Source: an uncultured Planctomycetia bacterium (lineage in GTDB: Bacteria > Omnitrophota > Gorgyraeia > 2-01-FULL-45-10). Taken from it: DNA of 64,000 nucleotides. A program made the translations under genes and the position numbers. The DNA lies in the NCBI GenBank assembly GCA_964352425.1, contig CAYGRZ010000004.1, forward strand, positions 2,647-66,646, given 5' to 3'. The notes below the pieces were generated by a model. The model was not told the DNA's origin. It did not search any database and worked only from the letters and a program-made list of their open reading frames with translations. Below, piece after piece: positions 38,301 through 50,300 of the stretch (the first letter of the stretch is position 1; the number at the start of each line of letters is the position of its first letter).

Positions 38301-41300
38301 AGGCCCGCGGACACGACGACGATCTCCCTCTTCTCCTGCCTCGCCCTTTCCGCCACTTCGTCGATATCCTCGAGCCTGACCTCTTCGATATCGAGCTTGA
38401 GGCATATATTCTTCACGATCTCCTCGGCAAGCCGGCCCTCGTCGCTCCGCTTGCCTTGCGCATCCACAGGATAATTTGCTTCGAGCCATTGCCACAGGGC
38501 GAAATGCGCGGTATGGCGGGCCGTCTTTATCGTTTCGCTGACACCGCGGAACATGCGCTCGGCGACCTGGGCGGCGGTTGTAGAGGGCGACATCTCCGCC
38601 ATAGCCGCCGTGTGGCAGGCAAAATACTTGCCCTGTTCCGCCTCGACCCCGTCCTCGCTTATCACGTATCCTTCGTCAACGGCTTTTATGACGCGGATGA
38701 TCCTGCTCTTCGTGTCAGGCCTGGCGAACACAGGCACCTTCAGGAGCATTTCACAGGCTTTCCTTACCTGGGCCGCTGCGCTGTCACTGCCGTTCTCGAC
38801 CCTGACATTCTCCAGGATGTGGTCATACAGGGCGATCATCGCCTTGAACACTTCCGCCATCTCTCCCGTCGCCGTCTTGAGATCTTTCTCAACCCGGTAG
38901 ACCTGCGGACGTATCCTGCTTATCAGGTGCGTCATCTCGTCGGCGGGTGATGTCCTGATGTGTTTGACCCGGTCGCCGACCTTGTACCCCGACTTCAGGC
39001 CATCGAGCGTGAGGCTGTCTTCAACATAGTTCAATATGATGCCGTTCCATACGCCGCCGGGCACACCGTTCGTCGCGCACTTATGTATGCCGCGCAGTTT
39101 TTCGTAACAGAGCCCGTACGCCTTATCGGACAGGGCCTTGGCGCCTTCAAGATTAACGGCGTTGGCCCTGCCAAGCAGCTCGGCCGCCGTCTCGGCGGAA
39201 AGCTCTTCCGCTACCGCAGGCGATTTCTGGAGCTGGAGCAATTCGATATACACGCCGTCGTAGATAAGGTCGAGCGTCCTGGCCCTTTCTATCCCGCGGT
39301 CGCCGACCATTGTTACAAATTCCTTATCGGCGCCGATCCTGTTCGGCGTGGCGATCAGGACCTGCGTCACCGGCACGTCGTGGGACGTGACCCTCTTCAG
39401 GTCATTCAGCGCAACGTGGGTAGCCGTCTGGCCGGCTTCTTTCGTCTTGCGTGCCAGCAGATACAGCTGCCACAGCTCGAATATCTCGTTATACAACTTG
39501 CTCTTGTTCTTGGGATCGACGACGTGGTTTTCCGTGAACATCTCGGTCAGGCATTTCTGCACAAAATCGACAGGCATGGGCTCTAAGCCGCGCAGCTCAT
39601 CGGGCAGCGTCTCTTTGAATACTTCATAGACATCGCGCTCTTCCCTTGCCCTGTCAAGCATCGCCTTCTCAATGCCTTCGCGGCCTGTCGCTTCGCCGAC
39701 AACGTCTTCGCCGACGGCCCTTGAGATGTAAGGAGCTGTCGCGCCTTCGGGAGGAGCCCCGACGGCGCCTTCCTGTCCGGCGGTGACCATGCCGAGCATC
39801 ATGCCTGCCGCCGCTATATTCATGGAGCTGATCTCGTGCCCAAAGGCTATGGAGGCAAGCGTACCGATGCCGGCAAGGAGCATCATCTTCGTCGTAGCAC
39901 TGAGGCTCTTGGACCTCTTTGTGAACCTTTCCACCACGCGGCTAACCCTGTCTTTAAGAGGCGCCGCTGCTGTAACGGCCTCTGCCGGAATAAACGACTG
40001 TTCGTTGATATCCACACCGACATCGAGATCGTTATTAAGCTTTTCGAGCAGGAGGTTGACATTATTCTCGTACACATTGCAGGACGGGCATTTATGTATG
40101 TCGAAATCTTTTCTGGCGCGCGTCGTCCCTACCAATATGTCATGGAGCCGCTTGCCGCCCGTGCTCAGATCACCTATCTGGAAGATCCTGTCTTCGAATG
40201 TCGGCTGGGCAGTGAGACAGCACCTGTATACTTCGCCCCACGGGTTGATGACGATCTTGGTCAGGGTGGCCCAGCAATCCCTGGGCATCTTGACCGGCTT
40301 GGCCGATTTTACAAGGCCTCCGGCCAATACGTTGAAACGCTCGGCTATATCTATCCTCATATTCCCGAACTCCCCGAGCCTCTGCATCTTCCTTATCTTG
40401 AATATCATCTTGAGGAGCCCTTTCATCTCCTCCTCGCTGAAGTCTCCGATCTTTCCTATGATGTCGGCCCTTATATCGAAGAAGTCCGCTCCCATGAGGT
40501 GTGCGAGCTTGATGGCCATGTAAAGCTCTTTATAATTCTGGGACATCGCGAGGAAGCTCACGCCGATGCTGACGTCGCTCTTAGTCTTCCTCTTTATCTC
40601 CACCATACCTCTTATATTGCTCTTTATCCACTCGACATCCGAGCCGGGCCTGCGGTAGACCGCCTCATAGGTTTCCGGCGTGGCCGCGTTGAAGCTGACT
40701 CGGATCTGTTTTGCGTGAGTGACGACCTCCTGAGCCCTGGCGGTATCAAGGAACGTACCTTCGGTATATATGTAGACATTCAGCCCTTTCCCTGCGGCAT
40801 ACTGCACGACATCTACACTATCCTTATTTGTAAACGGCTCTCTGCCGCCGGAGAAATAGATGTCTCTCACGCCGTTTGCTGCAAAATCGTCTATCAGGGC
40901 GAAGAGCCTCTCCTTATCAATGGCGGGCTTGCCCTGCCTGTCGGCATAGTCCCGGCCCTGGCTATAGCAGAAGATGCAATTGCTCGGACACTTCAGGCCA
41001 AGATGCAGCTCCACGATCTTCGGATATACCGGCTCACCATTAAGGATCTTCCTGACGTAATCCTCATCCTCCATGAGCAGCCGCGCTATCTTGATAAAGG
41101 TGGCGTTCGGCGACTCCATGGCGAGCATCTCCTGCATGAACTGGCTCGACTTCACTATCTTATACAGCTCCTTCAGGTCGCCTATATCGAGCCCTGTCTT
41201 TTTCATCACCTCATGGGAGGAGCTATACGGATAGAGCAACAACTCCCGCAATAGCCGCAGGAGCGGGATCCTCAGCCTGTCTCTCACCTCTATCCCATCC

Positions 41301-44300
41301 GCCTTCAATGCCTCCATGGCAAGTTCAAGTGCCTTATTATCCTGCGTTATGTCGACACGGGCATCCTTCAGCCGGCGTGCGAGGTTGCCGACAGGCTCAT
41401 ATAGCGAATGTATGTAGTCTTCGAGGTAAGTGGATGACCTGCTGATGCCGTAATCCCGGGCATACTGCAGCACCTTGTGGAATTTGAAATCATCCAGGTC
41501 ATCGCTGTTTTTGAGAGCACTGAGTATATTGTCCTGTGTCTTTTGCGGGAATGCGAGGAACAGCTCTACTTCTTTGGAGGTGATATACATCTCTTCTTCC
41601 ATGGGAGAAAGAGGCGGCGCGTTCGTCGGCATGCTGCGGAGCCTGGCGTGCATGAGCTCATGGATAAATTCCATGAATAAGAGCTCGTTATTCGCCGCCA
41701 ATGAGTCGACATCGAGCGTTATACTATCAGCACCTTCCGTGAAATGCATGAGGCGGTCGTTCCCCTCGACGATCCGGATAGATTTTTCTTTCATGAGCGC
41801 CTTTCTCTTTATGGCTGCGGCATCTCCGCTTCCCATTTCCAGGAGCTCCTCTACCTTTTCCCTGGCGGATTCGCTTAAATCATGGAGCGTGATAACTCTC
41901 TGCAGCAATGCTTCCAGAGCCGCCTTCATGCCGTTATCTATACCTTTGTAATTCTCGACCTGTCCATCGATGATGGTGGCCCAGGCCAGGTCGTGCCTGC
42001 CGCCGAGGACACCTGCCTTCATCGCTATGGGCGACGGCGCGAGTGCAGCGGGGGCCGCCGGAGCCGCAGCCGGCGCAGGAAGATCTAACAATCGCTCTAA
42101 GCCTGTCGCGCCGCTCTTTGTTACGACCGCCTGCCTTTTCGCGATATCCAAGTCGGGCCAGTATTTTTCAAAAAACCGCCGCGGGCCGGCAGCTTCCAGG
42201 ACCTCCATTATTCTGTTGATACGCTCCAGTTTTACGGCATCGACCTGTCCGGCCAGAAGGCCGCCCTTCTGCCGTTTAACTATTTCATTCAGTACCCGCA
42301 CCCTGGCGAATTCATTCAGCTGATCCCATGCGCCCTTCCATTCCGTCTCGGTCCACGCCTTTATTTTCTTATGCTGCAGTTCTATTTCGGAGAGATCCAT
42401 CATCTTCATCGCATCAGCGACCTCGTTGCGCAGATCCTGCTTATCGGTACCGGCCAGGTCCAGTTCTGTGAGATAAAGTATATAGAGCCTTAACGCGTGC
42501 CTGTCCTTATTGTATATCGTCTCATTTTTTGTAAGCTCTTTTATCTTTTGTATGGCCGCGCCGTCCGACAGCGCCGCTTTCCCCATCACCGTACCCGTCT
42601 CTTTCATCCAGGCGTTCAGTTCGTGTATCATGAACTGGAAAGGCTGGGTCCTGTGCTCCCTGGTCCCGCCGTACTTCGCCGTATACCAGGCGGCATATGG
42701 CCCGAATACCCATGACAGGATAAATATCGGGAAGCCCTTGAAGACAAAAGCCGGGTCAAATATTCTGAAAAGGAAATAGTCGCTCGGGAAGAATACCCCC
42801 ACAAGGACAAGGACAAGCAGCGTGATCCCGGCTATCGGCGCCCATTTAAACTCTTTATACGCCTGCCAGACAGTCATTCCCTTTTCCAGTCTGGCCTCGA
42901 CTGCTGTAAGCGTATCCCACCTGAATTCTCTTCCTTGTATGACAGCCTTTGTAGATTTTTTAAGATCGAGAGGGCCGTATATCAGGTTCATCATCATGAT
43001 CGAGGTATGCAGGAAGGTCTCGACAGCTAGGCGCTTTGTCGTCAGATAGACCTTATTCACCATGCCAAAAAAGTCTTTGACAAATAAGGCCGGTCCTGAT
43101 GCGGCGCGTGCCATGGCGTGTTGTAACATACCCGCAAGCGTCGCGATCCCGACGTAGATTATAGTATATGCACAGATACCGAAGTTGTGCTTAAGCAGGT
43201 CTTCCGTAAGGTAAGCCGCTGACGGCACACTCCTTAAACATAGCTCGATATACGGCGTGGCGGCCCAGAACATGGCCACCAATCCGGCGGGCATACCGAT
43301 CTTAACCGGTATCTCCGTCCACTTCATGCCGACGCTAATAAGTTTCTTGACCGGATTCCGCAAGATCACGATGAGCAATACTACGACTGCCGCCCAGACC
43401 GCCAATGCCGGTGCCGCTATTATTATCTTCGGCAAGGCGACCAATAACGCCACGGACGCGAGACCGCCCGCTACGTTTGCCCAGGTCTTCAGGCTCCGGG
43501 GGCCTCTTTCGAACGTCTCTCGCAGTATAGGACTGCCTTTCTGGCCTATCAGTATGAGCATCACGATCGCGAAGAGGTCGCGTGCTGTGACCGGATGAGT
43601 TCCGGTAAGGACAGCGGGAATCTGTGTAGCAATCAATCCTAAGACGACGAGCCATATTGTAAAGACCGGAGTGGACAGCATCCCCCGTATTATGCCTGAA
43701 ATGTGGTGTTCCGATTCAAGGTTCACGTTTGCGCTTCCCAGTACCGATTCTCGTATCTGTTTTTTCGCGGCGATCATAGCCTCTATGCCATGGCCCTGAG
43801 CATACGCGAACATGGCTTTTGCCGCGTTCCATTCCCTGCGCAGCGCCTCGACATCGCCCGGCACCCACCGCCTCATCCTTATGATCATTGAGGAGAAACT
43901 GGTCACCGTCTCTTCGAGTATATATATCGGCGCTAAGAGCGTCCCTACAAGATATGCGGTCGCCGTCCACATCGCCTCCCAGAAATCATGGCTTCTGACC
44001 GTCCAGGGAAGGACCTGCTTCTTGATAACATCGTTCAGATACTTTGGACCGTAAAACGTCATCTTGCCGACTGCCGAGCCCTTGCCGAAGATCCAGAAAA
44101 AGACAAGGGAGATATAACTGAGCATGCTCTGCGCCCAGCTCTGCAGCCGTGCGAACAGGGACTTACCGATATTGGGGTATTGTATCTGCGGCTGGTACAT
44201 CCCCCAAAGCTCCTTGCCCAATATGTCATACGCGGCCCTGCTGCCTATCCGCTTGGCCACTCCCGAGATGACCTCATTCTTATTATCTATCTCTATCGGT

Positions 44301-47300
44301 AACTGTATATATATATCCGGTTCCACCTCATTACCCAGCATATCTTTGGCATACACGTATCCGGCGTCTCTCTTCACTAAAATATAGGTCCCGACCCGCG
44401 CTATCCTGTTCTTGCCGTTATCTATCGCCCACCCCTCTTCATCGATATCAAAACCGTCTTTTTGCTGTAAGGTCCTCTCGACAATGAGATCGCCCGTCTT
44501 CTCATCGACCGCGACCTCTCCGGCGCCGAATGTCCCGTTCATATTTATGACAGGATCGCCGGCGTCAACGGCTATCCTGCGTAAATTATTATCTTCATCT
44601 AAAACGAATTCGCCGCTGGCTGCCAGCTCCCCGTCCGTAGTCTTCAGATGAGCATTCCCGTAGCCGTCAAAATAGACATCGTCATATTGCGCGAGGAGCC
44701 TTCGCGTCCTGTAGATGCCGTTGTTGTCCTTGGCGAATGTTCCGTATCTGGCAAGCCGCTGCGATTGTTTCAGGGCCTCCGTCTTCTGGTCCAGTATAAT
44801 GTTATCCTGCACAACGCTCGTGATGCCATCCTTAGCGAGATCCCACCTTCTCAGGGGTTCCTTATCATACCGTGACACGCTGCCATCCATGGGATACTGT
44901 AGAAGTTCTCCGCCTTTTATTACAAACCCGTCTTTTTCATTTGCAAGATAGCCGTCCTCGACCTCTCTCAACCTCAATGCGCTCGTGTCTGCTATTAACA
45001 TTCCGCCTGCGTCCCTGGTGAGCGAATGAGCGCGATCGGCTATAAAGTAAGTGGTCTCCCTGCCGGTCTTGCCGAGCCCAAGCTCAAAGAAGTCGGTTAT
45101 GGCGCCCTCGCGCGCGTATAACTTTGCCTCTTGCTTGGTTATCCCTCCTGCGTACAGGTCGCCTTTCAGGTCTTTCTTCCATGTCCCGTATTTTGCGAGT
45201 ATACGGCCGCTTGCAGTATGTATGGCATCTCCTGTGGCCTTCTCTACGTGCCATGAGCCGGCCAGGGCTTTCAACCCCTCGTCCACGATCAGGTTGCCAT
45301 CCGCATCCGCAGACCACCACCCGACGGGAACGAGGACATCGCCCGTAATTGTAACGGCGTTGCCTGTTTCAGGATCACGCTTCCATTCGCCTTCTTTTGC
45401 CCTTGTCTTTACAAAGGCTCCGCCCCTCTCTGTAATGACGCCGTTGGCGTCCAGCGTATCTATGAATGTCTCCAAGTTCTCCGGAATGATCGGCCTCTGC
45501 CCGTCGAACTCGGCCGCGCGGGTCAGGAGATATTCGCCGCCATATTCGTTTACAGCGGGGGTAATCTTGCCGTCCGCGCCTAATATATATTTCTTATATG
45601 CTACACCTTGATCGATATGCCCTATCTCATCTATCGACGCGAAATATGCCCCTGTCGCGGCATCCAACAGCTTGCCGTCTTTCGTCAATATCAGCGTATG
45701 CCGTATCGCGCCGCTTTTATCCTTCAGATAGATATGCTGGTCATATATAGTGGCGACCCTGTCCGGCAGCTCCTGGCCGTCCTTTCCCTTGGCCCTCTGC
45801 GTACTGTCATTCCTGTCCCTGAGCAGGCCTGACTTGGGAAGCTCGTCATACATATCCTTTGTCGCGATAAGTTTTCCCGTCGCGTCATCATAGATGTCCC
45901 CCTTAAGGAGCCTGTAACGGCGGGCCGGATTATCCGCGTCAATATAGTATACCTCTGACTCGGCGCTGACCTGCCACTCACGGTCATCTATCTTGATCGT
46001 GCGCCTTTCTATAGCATACTCGCCCTTAAGTAGCTCCACCGCAAAGTCTGTTACCAGCTCAAACCCTTCATTCTCTTCATCATATACGGGACTGCGCGTG
46101 TATGTGCCGCGCGGGAACCTCTTCACTTCGGTAGTCTTGCTGGTGTCGCTGTATACGATCGCCTCTCCGGTCACGCCGTCTATGGTATATGTTCCCGGCT
46201 CTGCCAGGATACCCTGCCTGAGAGTGCCGGAGGCGTCTTCCGCTACTGTGATCTTAGGCCTGTCATCATCCAGTCTTGTGACATAGAGATGCGGGTGGGT
46301 CCAGCACTCCAACATCCACTCAAAATCCGACCTGTAAGAGCCGGGCTTCATCATATGCGTCGGATTATACACGTGTTTCTGGAAATTTCTGTGCGCATAG
46401 GTAACCTTGTCGCGGCCCCACAGCCTTCTCGCATTTAATATCTGGGCTATCTCTTCCATTATAAGCCCGGCTTCCTTCAGCGCCGTATCGCTGTGCATCC
46501 ATGCGCCGAGATTATCCTGCTCATCAGGAACAAATTTATTGCCGGCTGAATCCTCATAGAGATATTTCGCCTTGTCCGCGCCGACCCTCTCCATCTTCAC
46601 GCTGTTTATCATGGAATCAAACAATGTTTTCGCGATAAGTTTTACGTCAAGCGGCCCTTCCTGGCGGCCGATGTCATAGATGACGGCCTTATATTTTTTG
46701 GCTATCCTCTGCGTCTTTTCGACAAGTTTATATTTTGGCAGGTCCCACGGCGCTCTTTCCTTAAATAGGCCTACCATGTTGCCTAGGAATAATGCGCCAT
46801 TTGCCACTGTAAGGGTACCGATGGCGACAAATAGCTCTGCCATGCAGTAATTGCAATAGGTATACAGGACCGCTGCCACGGCTATAATGCCGAGCAGGGA
46901 CGTGTCCGCGTTTATGGTGCTTAATGCGTAAATAGCCGTAACTGAGGTGGCGGCCGTGGTTATCGCCAGTTTCGCCAGGCGCGCGAAGAAGGTGTGGGTC
47001 AGCTCTCTCTGATTGCCTCTTCCTGTAATGGCTGTGGCCGCCAATTTCAAGGTATCCCGTCCGAAATCGACCGCGGCGGATATAGTGATATATACCAGGA
47101 TGCCGGACGCAAGCGCCATTAATGTATAATTTAATCCCGGGATCCCCGATATATAAATACACGAGAAGACCGCCAGGGGGACCGCCCACTTTATGACAGG
47201 CCGTATAGGAGGCTTTGTCGCTTTATCGATAAAATAATTCCACCACACCAATACTGGCGCGAGCAGTATGAAGAGCCAGCTTGAATATGTACCCAGCACC

Positions 47301-50300
47301 GTAAAGTGGGTTATGTCATTAAAGTGGTAGAGCGTAAGCCCGGTAAGCACCAATTTTGAGATAAATACCATAGCGCGGAAAAGCCCCATCAACGCTTCGA
47401 TCGTTACGGCTCCTGCCTGGCCGGAGGTGTCTTTCGGGGCCGCGGCAGGCTTCGCGCCGGCTACCGGCGGCGTGGGCGCCGCGGGAGCTGTACCAGGCGC
47501 CGGTACGTTGGCGTTGGGTCCGTATAATATCTTCTTATTTTTACGGATCTCTCTGCGGTGGCGGTAGAGGGCTATCTTGTAGAATCCCATAATGCTAAGG
47601 ATAGAGATAAGCATATAGGTAAGGCCGGCTATAAGCTTGTGCTTCGGTTCCGGCGCTATTTTCCCCAATTCCATTTCAATGATGCTCCGGATGACTTTCT
47701 GCAGCCGCGCATCCTGATCTGCGGAAAAAGCGCGAACAGCGCGGGGCCGAATTATCGCCGTGTCGCCCTTTCCTTCTTTGACATAGTCTATCTTTACAAG
47801 GCCCCGGCTTATGATCCTGTCTTTGATCCGCGCTGTCATCTTCTCTCTGTCCCTACGCGACATCCCTTCGATCTTCTCCTGAGCTTCAAGAGATAGCTTT
47901 ACGTCAGACAGCGGGTCTTTGCCTTTGAATACGTTATCGTCCAGATAATTCTTTAACGTCTCATGCAGTGACAGGAGGCGATCATTCTGAAAATCGTTCC
48001 AGGTGACATCCATGGGCGCCTTGACATCCTGTATCAATAATTTCTCCCGAGGAGAACCGGTTTTTATGCCCAGGGCCTTGAGCTCCATGATGCCTATGAC
48101 CTTATCCTTATCAAACCCGTCTTTATCGAGCACGGCCAATATCTCAAGATCCCCCCTTTCGATACGTATCTTTTCGAGCCTTCCGAGCATCGTCGGGTCC
48201 TTGATACTCTGGCTGATCGCGGCATTGGCTTCCTTCACCTCTATGAGCCTGTTAACAAGCTTCACGAAATTTGCGGGGTGTATATTCCTTGCTTTAAGTT
48301 TCTGCGAGATCTCTCGTATGATGCTATCGCGGTCCTTTTCGAATTTCCCGAGCTCGATCCTGCCATCCTCGAACTGGGAAGCCACGATCTTCTGTATCTT
48401 GTCCGCCTCTATGTCAACTATCTCTGCTTCCGGCGGTTCGATGATATTTGTGTTGAGAGAAAGGCCGATGATATAGAAAAGATCTTCCCGGGTCTTTTTA
48501 TCCAGCGTGTACTTTTCGCTCGCCAGCTTATCCGTCATCTCCTTAACCATTTTTATGGTCCTGCTCACGGGCAGGTCCATGCCCTGAAGATCTTCCACCG
48601 TAAGCGTATCGGCCCTCCTGCCGAAAACCTCGTAGTAGTCGGTTCCCGGCGCTTTCATCGGCACCGGCATGATGCCGTTATATATCATGTGGCTGACGAG
48701 TATTTCCAGGGCGTCCTCATTAAGCGTTACGCCCAGTTTTTCCATCTCCCCTTTCAGGTATATGCCGTAGAGCAATTGCACCCTGATATAGTCGATCGGC
48801 CATCCGTCCATATCTATTTGCGTGACGTAATACTTTAACTTTTTCTCCATGGGAGGCGTCAGTTTGCTCTTACTGTAAATATTCTTTAACAGCTCCCGCA
48901 CCTCGAGCGGATGGACAAACGTCTTGGTCAGGTAGTCGCTGGCTGTCATGCCGCTTAAATATATCTGCCTCTGGATATCCCATATACTGTTTTCATCCGC
49001 GGGATCTATCCTCTTCTCAGGCGGCAGTTGCTCGTTAATGCCGGGCAGCACCGCTTCAATATCTTCCCTTATGGCAGCCAGATCCTGATCCTTGAGCGCC
49101 TTGTCGGCTGTCCGCGTCTTGTAAGCGGAAATTTTTCCCTGCCGCTCATCCTTAACCGGTTCGCGGAGATCGATCCACTTATCGATCTGCTGTTTGTTGG
49201 CTATGGTCCATTCTTTATTTCTTTCGCTCAGTTTAAGGTTGATGTTCCTGATGATATCCGGGAATATCATCGAGTCCAGGGACTTGACATCACCGGCTAT
49301 CTTTTCCCCGGGTACATCCTGTGTCTTCAGCAGCATATAGGTTATCTGCTTATGAAAACTGCCCAATTTTTCAATGGCCTCGGCCCTGGCTTTTCTCATA
49401 TAGCCGGGCCTGGTCTCCGTGATGGCCTTCAGTTGCTCCATATGCTCATTGTAACGCTGGATATCTATATCGCTGAACTGATCCTGGTCGTTAAAGAGGT
49501 CATTCCTCTCCTCTTCGATCGACGGGCCGAGGTTCGTGTAATATTGTCTCTGGGACTGGAACTCTATATTGATCCTCCTCTGCATCTTATCTCTCTGGGT
49601 CATCACGCCGGTCTCGCTTTGAGCCATCTCCCGTATAGTGTTTCTCAGCATCTTCTGCCCGAGATAATAACCAAGCGGTGAATTATTGGCCCATTCCTGG
49701 ATAAGCGAGGCATCATAGAAGTCGCGCCGGATCCTTGCCGTTTCCCGCTCCTCGCCTTTTCCTGCCTCATCCAGCTCCATGAACGTGCCGGTTATCTGGC
49801 CGTAACTTAAACGGGGAACGCCGTTGGGGTCTGTCTGGTTCTTGACCATCGCCTCTTCTTCTCTCTTTATGAGGGCTTCAAACCGTATATATTTTGCTAT
49901 CTTATTCCTGATGAACCAGTCCCCGGTCTCCTTGCGCTCCGGCTGGCTCAGGTTCTTGAACCGCGGTTGTGAAAGATATTTCTCCTTTGCATCCTGCAGA
50001 TAATTCCCGAACCTGATGGCCGCCTGCAGGAATCCCAGCTCGCCTATCTCTATCTCCTGGCCGCTCGCCCTGGATATCGCTTTGAGATAAACGGCATTCA
50101 CCAGCTCTCCCTTCGCCTCCGCCATCTTTTCCTTCATCAGATCAGCCGGCTCCTTCCCCTGCTTGGCGGCAAGAGCCTGCATCTTCTTATACATTATCTG
50201 CGCTCCGGAGGTCGCCAGAGTATCCTTGACTTTTTCCCGGTACGTGTCCAGGCTATAGAACAACCGTGCGTTATACACCGCCTTGACAAGGCCTTCCCAT

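Noticed and set aside
39836-41254. 472-aa plus-strand ORF, with others at 36539..37549, 37766..38950, 54398..55291 and 49028..49681.
   Set aside because: All lie inside and antisense to the 9517-aa gene, whose own frame is supported by multiple enzyme-domain motifs. The plus-strand ORFs show biased composition and no motifs.
41648-41662. Annotating a metalloprotease domain from HELMH.
   Set aside because: An isolated HExxH pentapeptide occurs frequently by chance in a 9.5k-aa protein. I could see no supporting third ligand or Met-turn, so I kept it only as a low-confidence motif note.
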